The notes: a model not told the origin generated them from the sequence alone. A stretch of 64,000 nt of DNA from Clostridia bacterium (GCA_045593405.1 JAZNWN010000001.1:22926-86925); one strand, 5' to 3'; counted from the stretch's first letter, positions 28,690 to 38,812 are shown. A program made the numbers and translations.

Positions 28690-31323
28690 ATGAGCAAAAA
28701 ATACGTATACCTTTTTAAAGAAGGTAACGCAGATATGCGTGAATTGCTAGGTGGTAAAGGTGCTAACTTAGCAGAAATGACAAATTTAGGTTTACCAATC
28801 CCACAAGGTTTTACAGTTTCAACAGAAGCATGTACAGAATATTACAAGGATGGTAAAACAATTAATGAAGAAATTCAAAATCAAATTTTTGCTGCATTAA
28901 AAGAATTAGAAGCAATGCAAGGTAAAAAATTTGGAGATACTTCAGATCCATTATTAGTATCAGTAAGAAGTGGTGCTAGAGCATCAATGCCTGGTATGAT
29001 GGATACAATATTAAACTTAGGTTTAAATGATGTAGCAGTTGAAGGGTTCGCTGCAAAAACTGGAAATCCAAGATTTGCATATGATTCATATAGAAGATTT
29101 ATTCAAATGTATTCAGATGTTGTTATGGAAGTTCCAAAATCTTTCTTCGAAAAAATTATTGATGAATTAAAAGAAGAAAAAGGAGTTCATTTCGATACAG
29201 AATTAACTGTAGAAGATTTAAAAGAATTAGTAAATAGATTTAAAGCTGTTTACAAAAACGCAATGAATGGTGAAGAATTCCCACAAGAACCAGTAGAACA
29301 ATTAATGGGAGCTGTTAAGGCTGTATTTAGAAGCTGGGACAACCCAAGAGCAATTGTTTATAGAAGAATGAATGATATCCCAGGTGATTGGGGAACAGCT
29401 GTTAACGTTCAAGCAATGGTTTTCGGTAACATGGGAGAAACATCTGGAACAGGTGTTGCATTTACAAGAAACCCATCAACAGGTGAAAAAGGAATATATG
29501 GTGAATACTTAATCAACGCTCAAGGTGAAGACGTTGTTGCAGGTGTTAGAACACCACAACCAATAACAAAACTTGCAGAAGATTTACCAGAATGCTATGA
29601 AGAATTCATGAAAATAGCAAACAAACTAGAAAATCACTATAGAGATATGCAAGATATGGAATTCACAATCCAAGAAGGAAAATTATATTTCTTACAAACA
29701 AGAAATGGTAAAAGAACAGCTCCAGCAGCTATTCAAATCGCTTGTGATTTAGTTGACGAAGGAATGATAACTAAAGAAGAAGCTGTTTTAAGAATAGAAG
29801 CTAAATCTTTAGATCAATTATTACACCCAACATTTGATAAAGATAGCTTAAAAGCAGGAGAAGTAATTGGTGAAGCTCTTCCAGCATCTCCAGGTGCAGC
29901 AGCAGGTAAAGTAGTATTTACAGCTGAAGAAGCAAAAGAACTTGGAAAAGGTGGAAAAGGAGAAAGAGTAGTACTTGTTCGTTTAGAAACAACACCAGAA
30001 GATATTGAAGGTATGGTAGCTGCACAAGGTATATTAACTGTTCGTGGTGGTATGACATCTCACGCTGCAGTTGTTGCTCGTGGTATGGGTACTTGCTGTG
30101 TATCTGGTTGTGGAGATATCAAAATGAATGAAGAAGCTAAAGAATTTGAACTTGGTGGATATACTTTCCATGAAGGAGATTACATTTCTTTAGATGGAAC
30201 AACTGGAAAAATCTATAAAGGTGATATAAAAACAGTTGAAGCTAGTGTAAGCGGAAACTTTGGAAGAATAATGGGATGGGCAGATGAATTTAGAACTCTA
30301 AAAGTTAGAACAAATGCTGATAACCCAAGAGATACTAAAAATGCTGTAGCATTAGGAGCAGAAGGTATCGGATTATGTAGAACAGAGCACATGTTCTTTG
30401 ATGAAGAAAGAATTCCAAAAATAAGAAAAATGATTCTTTCTGAAACAGTTGAAGCTAGAGAAGAAGCTTTAAATCAATTAATACCTTTCCAAAAAGGTGA
30501 TTTCAAAGCTATGTATAAAGAATTAAAAGGATTACCAATGACAGTTCGTTATTTGGATCCACCACTACATGAATTCTTACCAACAGCTGAAGAAGATATA
30601 AAAGCATTAGCAAATGATATGGGAGTTACAGTTGAACACTTAAAACAAAAATGTGCAGATTTACACGAATTTAACCCAATGATGGGACATCGTGGATGCC
30701 GTCTTGCTGTAACATATCCAGAAATAGCTAAAATGCAAACAAGAGCATTAATGGAAGCAGCTATTGAAGTTAAAGAAGAAGATGGATACGATATAGTTCC
30801 AGAAATAATGATTCCATTAGTTGGAGAAAAGAAAGAATTAAAATTTGTTAAAGATGTTGTTGTAGAAACAGCTGAACAAGTTAAAAAAGAAAAAGGATCA
30901 GATATCGAATACCATATTGGTACAATGATAGAAATACCAAGAGCAGCTTTAACAGCTGATGAAATAGCTGAAGAAGCAGAATTCTTCTCATTTGGAACAA
31001 ATGACTTAACACAAATGACATTTGGTTTCTCAAGAGATGATGCTGGTAAATTCTTAGATGCTTACTATAAAGCAAAAATATATGAATCAGATCCATTCGC
31101 AAAATTAGATCAAAATGGTGTTGGACAATTAGTAAAAATGGCAGCAGAAAAAGGAAGAACTACAAGACCAAATATTAAACTTGGTATATGTGGTGAACAC
31201 GGTGGAGAACCATCAAGTGTTGAATTCTGCCACAAAGTAGGATTAACATATGTATCTTGCTCACCATTTAGAGTTCCAATTGCTCGTTTAGCAGCAGCAC
31301 AAGCAGCATTAAATAATAAATAA
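28690..31323 (+). CDS. ppdK: pyruvate, phosphate dikinase
   Basis: Typical PPDK N-terminus MSKKYVYLFKEGNADMRELLGGKGANLAEM. Phospho-His region GGMTSHAAVVARGMG. C-terminal PEP-utilising TIM barrel with CGE motif. Start at ATG 28690 preferred over the TTG at 28684. Confidence 0.95.
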   Translation: MSKKYVYLFKEGNADMRELLGGKGANLAEMTNLGLPIPQGFTVSTEACTEYYKDGKTINEEIQNQIFAALKELEAMQGKKFGDTSDPLLVSVRSGARASMPGMMDTILNLGLNDVAVEGFAAKTGNPRFAYDSYRRFIQMYSDVVMEVPKSFFEKIIDELKEEKGVHFDTELTVEDLKELVNRFKAVYKNAMNGEEFPQEPVEQLMGAVKAVFRSWDNPRAIVYRRMNDIPGDWGTAVNVQAMVFGNMGETSGTGVAFTRNPSTGEKGIYGEYLINAQGEDVVAGVRTPQPITKLAEDLPECYEEFMKIANKLENHYRDMQDMEFTIQEGKLYFLQTRNGKRTAPAAIQIACDLVDEGMITKEEAVLRIEAKSLDQLLHPTFDKDSLKAGEVIGEALPASPGAAAGKVVFTAEEAKELGKGGKGERVVLVRLETTPEDIEGMVAAQGILTVRGGMTSHAAVVARGMGTCCVSGCGDIKMNEEAKEFELGGYTFHEGDYISLDGTTGKIYKGDIKTVEASVSGNFGRIMGWADEFRTLKVRTNADNPRDTKNAVALGAEGIGLCRTEHMFFDEERIPKIRKMILSETVEAREEALNQLIPFQKGDFKAMYKELKGLPMTVRYLDPPLHEFLPTAEEDIKALANDMGVTVEHLKQKCADLHEFNPMMGHRGCRLAVTYPEIAKMQTRALMEAAIEVKEEDGYDIVPEIMIPLVGEKKELKFVKDVVVETAEQVKKEKGSDIEYHIGTMIEIPRAALTADEIAEEAEFFSFGTNDLTQMTFGFSRDDAGKFLDAYYKAKIYESDPFAKLDQNGVGQLVKMAAEKGRTTRPNIKLGICGEHGGEPSSVEFCHKVGLTYVSCSPFRVPIARLAAAQAALNNK

Positions 31324-31334
31324 TTATAAATTAA

Positions 31335-31367
31335 AAAAATGAGAGTAGAAATACTCTCATTTTTTGT
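31335..31367 (+). terminator. rho-independent terminator after ppdK
   Basis: ATGAGAGTA-GAAA-TACTCTCAT followed by TTTTTTG. Confidence 0.85.
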
Positions 31368-31456
31368 GTTATGTATTTGGTATTTGGTATTTTGCTTTTG
31401 AGTCTGACTTTACAAGAATAATCCAAAAACAAAAAACGAAATACAAAACACATAAG
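31366..31456. repeat. heptad-arm inverted repeat element (GTATTTGGTATTTGGTATTTTG ... CAAAAACAAAAAACGAAATACAAAACAC)
   Basis: Same family as 4843, 35102 and 47333. Confidence 0.75.
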
Positions 31457-31492
31457 ACATAAAAATATTGCCAAAAAATACCTTTCATAACC

Positions 31493-31522
31493 TTGAACAA
31501 AACTGGTAACATATGGTATAAT
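31493..31522 (+). promoter_or_regulatory. strong sigma-A promoter for mgtE (TTGAAC-N18-TG-TATAAT)
   Basis: -35 at 31493-31498, extended -10 at 31517-31522. About 100-nt leader follows. Confidence 0.6.
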
Positions 31523-31629
31523 ATCTTAGTTAGAAAATAAACCAAAATGAGGTGATGGTATGGAACCGTGTCCGCGATGTAATTTAGAATTTAAATTTAA
31601 TTTAATATTATCAAAAATGGAGGTTTATT

Positions 31630-32967
31630 ATGCTAGAAAGAGTAGAAGAATTACTTGAAGAAAAGAAATATAAAGCAGCAAAAGTAGAATTAAACAAATT
31701 AAATAGCTCAGATGTTGCTGAGTTACTAGAAGATATAGACTCAAAAGAAATTGTAAAAGTTTTTAGATTAATAAATAAAGACAAAGCGGCAGAGGTTTTT
31801 GCATATTTGCCAGTAGAACATGAAACTGAATTAATCGGTTTGTTAAGCGATAAAGAAGCAGTTTCATTATTAGATGAAATGTATACTGATGATGCAGTTG
31901 ATTTACTTGAAGAAATGCCAGCTAACGTAGTTAAAAGATTATTAAAAAAATGTACAACTGATACTAGAAACGATATAAATAAATTATTAAAATATCCAGA
32001 AAATTCTGCAGGAAGTATTATGACTGTAGAATATGCAGAACTAAAAGAAGAGCTTACTATAAAACAAGCAATTGCAAAATTAAGAAAAGAAATGGAATAT
32101 TATGAAACAGTTAACACATGTTTTGTAGTAAATGTAGAAAGAAAATTAATTGGATATATTCATTTAAAAGACATTATTTGTGCAAACGAAAATGATTTAG
32201 TTAAAGATATTGTACAAACTGATGTAATATCTTGTAAAACAACAGAGGATCAGGAAGAAGCAGCTAAAATGTTCCAGAAATATGATTTGGCTGCAATGCC
32301 AGTTGTTGATAGTGAAAATAGAATGGTTGGAATTATTACAATTGACGATATTGTGGATGTATTACAAGAAGAAAATACAGAAGATATCGAAAAAATGGCT
32401 GCTATTAACCCTACAAGCAATAAAACTTATTTAAAAACAGGTATTTTTGAAACATGGAAAGCGAGAATTCCTTGGCTTATGATACTTATGCTTTCAGCTA
32501 CATTTACAGGAAAAATAATTCAAGTTTATGAAGAAGCTTTAACAGCATATGTAATTTTAACATCATTTATACCAATGCTTATGGGTTCTGCTGGTAATGC
32601 AGGAGGTCAGGCAAGTGTTACAATAATTCGTAGTTTATCATTAGGTGATATTGAATTTGAAGATACATGGAAAGTTATTTGGAAAGAACTAAGAGTGGCA
32701 ATACTTTGTGGACTTACTCTTGCAATTGTAAATATTGCAAAGCTAATGCTAGTAGACAAAGTGACATTTATTGTTGCTGCTGTAGTAAGTTTAACATTGC
32801 TTATAACGATAATAATTTCAAAAATAGTAGGATGTTCTTTACCAATTTTGGTAAAAAAGATAAAATTAGATCCTGCTGTTATGGCTAGTCCAATTATAAC
32901 TACAATAATAGATGCTTTAAGTTTAGTAATTTATTTCCAAATTGCAACACATTTATTAAGTTTATAA
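31630..32967 (+). CDS. mgtE: magnesium transporter MgtE
   Basis: MgtE N-domain, tandem CBS domains and C-terminal five-TM domain with the PMLMGSAGNAGGQ motif. Confidence 0.9.
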   Translation: MLERVEELLEEKKYKAAKVELNKLNSSDVAELLEDIDSKEIVKVFRLINKDKAAEVFAYLPVEHETELIGLLSDKEAVSLLDEMYTDDAVDLLEEMPANVVKRLLKKCTTDTRNDINKLLKYPENSAGSIMTVEYAELKEELTIKQAIAKLRKEMEYYETVNTCFVVNVERKLIGYIHLKDIICANENDLVKDIVQTDVISCKTTEDQEEAAKMFQKYDLAAMPVVDSENRMVGIITIDDIVDVLQEENTEDIEKMAAINPTSNKTYLKTGIFETWKARIPWLMILMLSATFTGKIIQVYEEALTAYVILTSFIPMLMGSAGNAGGQASVTIIRSLSLGDIEFEDTWKVIWKELRVAILCGLTLAIVNIAKLMLVDKVTFIVAAVVSLTLLITIIISKIVGCSLPILVKKIKLDPAVMASPIITTIIDALSLVIYFQIATHLLSL

Positions 32968-32988
32968 TATATGAGGTATAGAAATATA

Positions 32989-35103
32989 ATGAATAAACAA
33001 CCAATAACATATGTAGTAAAAAAGAAAAAAAAACATATAGCAGGAAAAATATCTGTAATATTATTAAAAGTAATATTAATTTTAATAATATTACTGCTAA
33101 TTGGTGTGCTAATTGCTGAGACATTGGTGTTTTTATACTTAAAAAACATGTATACTACAGTGTATGAAGATATTAATAAATTAATGCTAGGATTAAATAC
33201 TGATTTTGCAAACTCTGTAGTATTAGATATTGATGGTAATTATTTGGCTACTTTAAATGCGGATGAAAAAAGAGAGATGATTACATTACAAGAAATGTCG
33301 GATTTTTTGCCAAAAGCGTATATTTCTATTGAAGACGAAAGATTTAAAGAACATTATGGAATAGATATAAAAAGAACCGCAAATGCAATTATAAATTACA
33401 TAAGAAATGAAGGATATTCTTCATTCGGAGGAAGTACAATAACTCAACAATTAGTAAAAAACATAACAAATAATAGAGAAGATTCAGTAGAAAGAAAAAT
33501 AAAGGAATGGATATTGGCATATGAGTTAGAACAGCAGTTTTCAAAAGAGGATATTTTGGAAAAATATTTAAATATAATATTCATTGGTGGAGATGTATAT
33601 GGTGTAGAATTAGGAGCGCAATATTATTTTAATAAAAGTGCATCTGAACTTTCACTTTCACAATGTGCATATTTAGCAGGAATAACTCATTCACCAAACA
33701 GCTATAATCCTTTTGAAGGTTTAGATAATGAGGAGCTTATAAAAAATAGAACAATAACTGTCTTAAATAAAATGTTAGAAACTGAAGCTATATCACAGAT
33801 GGAGTATAATAAGGCTTTAGCAGAAACTAATAGAGGTTTAGAATTTGAAAGAGGAAATGAAGTAAGTACACTTTATTCCTACCATACTGATGCAGCATTA
33901 AATCAAATTATTGAAGAAGTTGCTGAAAAAAATAATCTTTCAATACAACTTGCAAAAAGCTATGTATATTCAGGTGGATTTACAATATATACAACACAAA
34001 ACACATCAATACAAACTATGATGGAGCAAGATTTTAATAATTCAGATTATATGAAACCTTCAAAGAATAGAGAAGGGGAAACAACACAAGCTGCAATGGT
34101 AGTAATAGACCATGCAACAGGTTATGTAGTAGGGTGTGTTGGAGGACTTGGAGAAAAAACAGTATCAAGAGGATTTAATAGAGCAACACAAAGTACAAGA
34201 CAAACTGGTTCTTCCATGAAACCAATAGCAGTTGTTGGACCTGCAATGCAAGAAAGAATTATTACAGCAGCTTCTATATATAGTGATACAAGAACAACAT
34301 TTACCTTGAAAACAGGAGAAGCATATACTCCAAAGAATTATAATTATTATAGAGGAAATATAAATATTAGACAAGCATTAGAAACGTCTCAAAATATACC
34401 TTTTGTAAAGATTATGCAAGATTTAACAACAGATAAATCAAAAGAATATTTAATAAAAATGGGTGTTACAACTTTAACTGAGAATGATAATGATTTAGCA
34501 CTAGCATTAGGAGGTTTAGACTTAGGAATAAGCCCGTTAGAAATGGCAGGAGCATATGCAACAATTGCTAATGGTGGAGAATATATAGAGCCAACATTTT
34601 ATACAAAAGTTACAGATTCTAAGAGGAATGTAGTGATTCAGGTAAAACAAGAAAAACGAAGAGTATTTACAGAACCAAATGCTTATGTATTACAAAACTT
34701 ACTTATGCAACCAGTAGTAGGAAGTAAAGGTACAGCAAGAAATTGTGCAATAGAAGGAATAGATGTAGCAGCAAAAACTGGAACAACTGATGAAGATTTT
34801 GATAGATGGCTTTGTGGATTTACACCATATTATACAGCTGCAACATGGTTTGGATATGATTATAATGAAACTGTTGACTCTTATGGGGTTACAAATCCTG
34901 CAGGATTATTGTGGTCGGGTGTAATGCATAAATTACATGAAGGTCTTGAAGATGCAACATTTAAAATGCCAGATGGAGTTGCTATATATAAGGTATGTAA
35001 ATCAACAGGAATGCTAGCAACAACACGTTGTTGGAATACTTATGAAGAATATTTTTGGGTAGATAATCTGCCGAATTATTGTACAACACACCCGTATAGA
35101 TAG
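32989..35103 (+). CDS. penicillin-binding protein 1A (bifunctional glycosyltransferase/transpeptidase)
   Basis: GT51 motifs (EDERFKEHYGID, GGSTITQQL), transpeptidase SxxK (STRQTGSSMKP) and KTGT motifs. Start at ATG 32989 after a GAGGT RBS. Confidence 0.9.
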   Translation: MNKQPITYVVKKKKKHIAGKISVILLKVILILIILLLIGVLIAETLVFLYLKNMYTTVYEDINKLMLGLNTDFANSVVLDIDGNYLATLNADEKREMITLQEMSDFLPKAYISIEDERFKEHYGIDIKRTANAIINYIRNEGYSSFGGSTITQQLVKNITNNREDSVERKIKEWILAYELEQQFSKEDILEKYLNIIFIGGDVYGVELGAQYYFNKSASELSLSQCAYLAGITHSPNSYNPFEGLDNEELIKNRTITVLNKMLETEAISQMEYNKALAETNRGLEFERGNEVSTLYSYHTDAALNQIIEEVAEKNNLSIQLAKSYVYSGGFTIYTTQNTSIQTMMEQDFNNSDYMKPSKNREGETTQAAMVVIDHATGYVVGCVGGLGEKTVSRGFNRATQSTRQTGSSMKPIAVVGPAMQERIITAASIYSDTRTTFTLKTGEAYTPKNYNYYRGNINIRQALETSQNIPFVKIMQDLTTDKSKEYLIKMGVTTLTENDNDLALALGGLDLGISPLEMAGAYATIANGGEYIEPTFYTKVTDSKRNVVIQVKQEKRRVFTEPNAYVLQNLLMQPVVGSKGTARNCAIEGIDVAAKTGTTDEDFDRWLCGFTPYYTAATWFGYDYNETVDSYGVTNPAGLLWSGVMHKLHEGLEDATFKMPDGVAIYKVCKSTGMLATTRCWNTYEEYFWVDNLPNYCTTHPYR

Positions 35104-35190
35104 TATTTGGTGTTTGGTATTTGGACTTTAGTAATGATTATAATATAAAAATATTTACAAAATTCAAAAAACAAAACACAAAACACAATT
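35102..35190. repeat. heptad-arm inverted repeat element (TATTTGGTGTTTGGTATTTGG ... CAAAAAACAAAACACAAAACAC)
   Basis: Same family as 4843, 31366 and 47333. Starts at the PBP1A stop. Confidence 0.75.
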
Positions 35191-35254
35191 AAGTTAATTT
35201 TTTAGAGAGAGTAATAAACAATATTATATAAAATTAAAAGGAGAGATATAAATT

Positions 35255-36679
35255 ATGAAAAACAAATCAATTACAAGTAGAGACGAAGATTTTGCAGCTT
35301 GGTATACAGATATAGTTAAAGCAGCAAAACTTGCATCATATTCAAATGTTAAAGGATGCGTGGTAATAGAACCAAATGGTTATGCAATTTGGGAGCAAAT
35401 ACAAAAAACATTAGATAAAATGTTTAAGGAAACAGGACATCAAAATATTTGTATGCCAATGCTTATACCAGAAAATTTAATGAGAAAAGAAGGAGAACTA
35501 ATAAATGGATTTGCACCAGAAGTTGCTTGGGTTACAATTGGAGGACAAAAAGAGTTAGAAGAAAGAATGTGTATTAGACCGACTTCTGAAACATTATTCA
35601 GTGACTATTATAGCTCAGTTGTAAAATCACATAGAGATTTACCAATAAAATATAATCAATGGTGTAATGTTCTAAGATGGGAAAAAGAAACAAGACCATT
35701 TTTGAGAAGTAGAGAATTTTTATGGCAAGAAGGACATACAATTCATGAAACACAAAAAGAGGCTGAGGAAGAAACATACAATATGTTAAATGTATATAAA
35801 AGATTTTTTGAAGAATATCTTGCAATTCCAGTTATGACAGGAAGAAAAACTGAAAAGGAAAAATTTGCAGGAGCTGAATATACACTTACTGTAGAAGCTT
35901 TAATGTATAATGGTGTGGCTCTTCAGTCTGGAACAAGTCATTATTTTGGACAAAAATTTTCTAAAGCATATGATATATCTTTTACAGATAGAAATAACGA
36001 GCAATCATATGTATATCAAACATCTTGGGGAGTTTCAACAAGAATGATTGGTGGTTTAATAATGGTACATAGTGATGATAATGGATTAATATTACCACCT
36101 AAAATTGCACCTAGACAGGTTGTTTTAGTTCCAATTGGAAAATCTGAGCAAGTTGTTGAACTTTGCAATAAATACTGTGAAGAATTATTAGATGCAGGAG
36201 TTACTGCATATGTAGATAATTCAGAAAAATCTCCAGGATTTAAATTTGCAGAAGCAGAGGTTAATGGAATACCAGTAAGAATTGAAATTGGAGAAAGAGA
36301 TTTAGCTGAAAATAAAATAACATTTGCAAGAAGAGATACTAGAGAAAAACTAGTAGAAACATTAGATGTAAATGTTGTAGAATATACTAAAAACCTATTA
36401 GATACAATCCAAGAAAATCTTTATAATAATGCATTAAAAAGAAGAGAAGAACTAACATATGAATGCCACAAATTAGAAGAAGTAGAAGAAATAATGAATA
36501 CAAAACCTGGATTTGTAAAAGCAATGTGGTGTGGAGATGAAAATTGTGAACTAAAAATGAAAGAAATAAAAGGAACAAAATCTAGATGTATTATAGAAAA
36601 CCATGAGCATATTGATGATAAATGTATTGTATGTGGTAACCCTGCAAAACATCTTGTTGTTTGGGGAATACAGTATTAG
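35255..36679 (+). CDS. proS: proline--tRNA ligase (archaeal/eukaryotic type)
   Basis: 474 aa with C-terminal zinc-binding domain (CIVCGNPAKHLVVWG). N-terminus ITSRDEDFAAWYTDIV typical of the ProRS-C1 type. Confidence 0.9.
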   Translation: MKNKSITSRDEDFAAWYTDIVKAAKLASYSNVKGCVVIEPNGYAIWEQIQKTLDKMFKETGHQNICMPMLIPENLMRKEGELINGFAPEVAWVTIGGQKELEERMCIRPTSETLFSDYYSSVVKSHRDLPIKYNQWCNVLRWEKETRPFLRSREFLWQEGHTIHETQKEAEEETYNMLNVYKRFFEEYLAIPVMTGRKTEKEKFAGAEYTLTVEALMYNGVALQSGTSHYFGQKFSKAYDISFTDRNNEQSYVYQTSWGVSTRMIGGLIMVHSDDNGLILPPKIAPRQVVLVPIGKSEQVVELCNKYCEELLDAGVTAYVDNSEKSPGFKFAEAEVNGIPVRIEIGERDLAENKITFARRDTREKLVETLDVNVVEYTKNLLDTIQENLYNNALKRREELTYECHKLEEVEEIMNTKPGFVKAMWCGDENCELKMKEIKGTKSRCIIENHEHIDDKCIVCGNPAKHLVVWGIQY

Positions 36680-36692
36680 TGAATGTTTTTTG

Positions 36693-36747
36693 CGTAGGGG
36701 GTCGGTCTTGACCGACCCGAGGGGTAGTCAAGACTAGCCCCTACAAA
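36693..36747. repeat. REP-like two-hairpin element (GGGTCGGTC-TTG-ACCGACCC and GGGGTAGTC-AAG-ACTAGCCCC)
   Basis: CGTAGGGGG...CCCCTACAA lies directly after the proS stop. Confidence 0.9.
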
Positions 36748-36767
36748 ATGGAAAATTTGGAGGAATT

Positions 36768-37337
36768 ATGAAAATTATTTTAGCTTCCCAATCTCCCATG
36801 AGAAAAGAACTATTAAAGCAAATGGGATTTGAATTTGAAATATTAGTTAGTAATGCTGATGAAACATTTGAAGAAGGTTTAAGCCTAGAGGAACAATCAA
36901 AAAGATTAGCATATATAAAAGCAAAAACTGTTTTTAATCAAACTGAAGGTGATAGAGTAGTTATAGGTTCAGATACAATGGTTTTAAAAAATAATGAGGT
37001 TTTGGGAAAACCAAAAGATAAACAAGAAGCAATAAACATGTTAAACAAATTAAAAAATACTTACCATACAGCAATTACAAGCCTTTGTGTTCTAGTAGAA
37101 CAAAATGGAGAATATAAAGAATATTTAGATTACGATACAACAAAAGTATTTTTTAAAGATATGACTAAAGAGGAAATTTTACATTGGATTGAAATAGGAA
37201 ATCCATATGAAAAAGCAGGTGCTTATGAACTAGCTAGTCCATTTTGTGTATTTGTAGAAAAATTAGAAGGAAATATTACAACAGTACAAGGTTTACCAAC
37301 ACATAAATTATATGAAATTTTAAAAAACATTCTATAA
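36768..37337 (+). CDS. maf: Maf-like nucleoside triphosphate pyrophosphatase
   Basis: MKIILASQSPMRKELLKQMGFEFEI N-terminus, 189 aa. Confidence 0.9.
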   Translation: MKIILASQSPMRKELLKQMGFEFEILVSNADETFEEGLSLEEQSKRLAYIKAKTVFNQTEGDRVVIGSDTMVLKNNEVLGKPKDKQEAINMLNKLKNTYHTAITSLCVLVEQNGEYKEYLDYDTTKVFFKDMTKEEILHWIEIGNPYEKAGAYELASPFCVFVEKLEGNITTVQGLPTHKLYEILKNIL

Positions 37338-37339
37338 AC

Positions 37340-37417
37340 CGTAGGGGCTGGTCTTGACTAGCCCGCTAAATAACAAATATAATTATTTTCGGGTCGGTCA
37401 AGACCGACCCCTACAAA
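37340..37417. repeat. BIME-like composite (GGGCTGGTC-TTG-ACTAGCCC, 26-nt AT spacer, GGGTCGGTC-AAG-ACCGACCC)
   Basis: Same units as 26183-26259, with the two halves in swapped order. Confidence 0.9.
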
Positions 37418-37431
37418 GGGAGAATATAACA

Positions 37432-38017
37432 ATGAAAATAATATATGGAACAGGAAATAAAAACACTATTTAAGAATCATAGAATAAATGCAGAAATCCT
37501 TTCATTAAAAGATATTGGTTTTAATGAAGAAATAGAAGAAAATGGAATGACATTTGAAGAAAATTCTATGATAAAAGCAAAAGCTGTAAAAGAATTCTGT
37601 GATAAAAATAATATAAAAGAAATTATAATTACAGATGATGCGGGATTATGTGTAGAAGCTCTACATGGAGCTCCTGGAATTTATAGTGCCAGATATGCAG
37701 GTGATCATGCACCTCAAGAAGTGACATTAAATAAATTACTAAATGAAATGAAAAATATACCTAAAGAAAAAAGAACAGCTGAATTTGTTTGTGTTCTAAC
37801 TGCATTACTTCCAAATGGAGAAGTGATTGTAGCAAAAGGAATAACCACAGGTAGCATAGCAGAAGAAATTGGTACAATGGGAGGACTTACATTTTGCCCA
37901 GTATTTATACCAGAAGGTTCAGATAAAGTCATGAATGATATGTCAGACGAAGAAAAAGAGCAAACACATAGAGAAAAAGCATTTAGGGAATTGATTAAAA
38001 AATTAAATATAAGGTAA
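37432..38017 (+). pseudogene. rdgB: RdgB/HAM1 non-canonical purine NTP pyrophosphatase, interrupted by a +1 frameshift in an A5 run
   Basis: ATG 37432 has an AAGGGAG RBS and encodes MKIIYGTGNKNTI before a stop. The rest of the protein (frame of ORF 37445) matches RdgB from ...INAEILSLKDIGF onward. Removing one A from AAAAA at 37459-37463 restores one ORF (MKIIYGTGNKTLFKNHRINAEIL...). Confidence 0.7.
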
Positions 38018-38075
38018 TGTAGGGGCAGGGTTCCATCCCTGCCCGCGGGCGGACGTGGAAGTCCACCCCCTACAA
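38018..38075. repeat. REP-like two-hairpin element in inverted orientation relative to 1921-1977
   Basis: TGTAGGGGCAGGGTTCCATCCCTGCC-CGCG-GGCGGACGTGGAAGTCCACC-CCCTACAA. Confidence 0.9.
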
Positions 38076-38103
38076 TAAATAAAAATTAGAAAGGAATAAA
38101 CTA

Positions 38104-38652
38104 ATGAAAGAAACAATAATCGAATTATTAAAATCTACAAATAGAGAAGGTATGGATAATTTAATAGACTTTTTGGAAAAATCAGACTTTTTTAAAGCAC
38201 CAGCAAGTACAAGATTCCATGGTGACCATGAAGGAGGACTTTCAGAACATAGTTTTAAAGTATATGAAATATTAAAAGATAAAGTAAAAATTGCATGTTT
38301 AGATATTCCAGAAGAAACTATAATAATATCAGCACTTTTACATGATATTTGTAAAACTAATTTCTATAAAATTGATTATAGAAATGCTAAAAATAGTTTG
38401 GGAGTATGGGAGAAAGTTCCATATTATACAATTGAAGATACAATACCATATGGACATGGAGAAAAATCTGTAATGATGCTTACAGAATATATAAAATTAA
38501 CTAACAATGAAAAATATGCTATTCGTTGGCATATGGGATTTTCTGAGCCAAAAGAATTATATGGAACATTAGGACAAGCATTTACTAAGTATCCATTTGC
38601 TTTATTATTGCATGAGGCAGATATGGAAGCGACGTATTTTTTTAATATATAA
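38104..38652 (+). CDS. HD domain phosphohydrolase
   Basis: RFHGDHEGGLSEHS and ISALLHDICK, consistent with the His...His-Asp...His-Asp metal-binding pattern. Confidence 0.75.
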   Translation: MKETIIELLKSTNREGMDNLIDFLEKSDFFKAPASTRFHGDHEGGLSEHSFKVYEILKDKVKIACLDIPEETIIISALLHDICKTNFYKIDYRNAKNSLGVWEKVPYYTIEDTIPYGHGEKSVMMLTEYIKLTNNEKYAIRWHMGFSEPKELYGTLGQAFTKYPFALLLHEADMEATYFFNI

Positions 38653-38660
38653 TTTTACTG

Positions 38661-38812
38661 ACCGCCAAATCTCATCGGGGCATATATATTTGTATTTTTA
38701 TCGCTGCCCCATCCAAGAAAATGTAATTCACTTTGTTCAAACATTTTCTAAGGCGGTCACCCCGGAATCACTCTAAAAATAAAATATATATGCCCCTGCG
38801 TTTGGCTTATTG
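38661..38812. repeat. MITE-like segment bounded by about 23-bp imperfect inverted repeats (GCCAAATCTCATCGGGGCATATATAT / ATATATATGCCCCTGCGTTTGGC)
   Basis: Inverted termini read directly. The internal motif CCGATGAGATTTGGCGGTC recurs at 41668-41686 as CCGACGAGATTTGGCGGAC. Confidence 0.55.
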
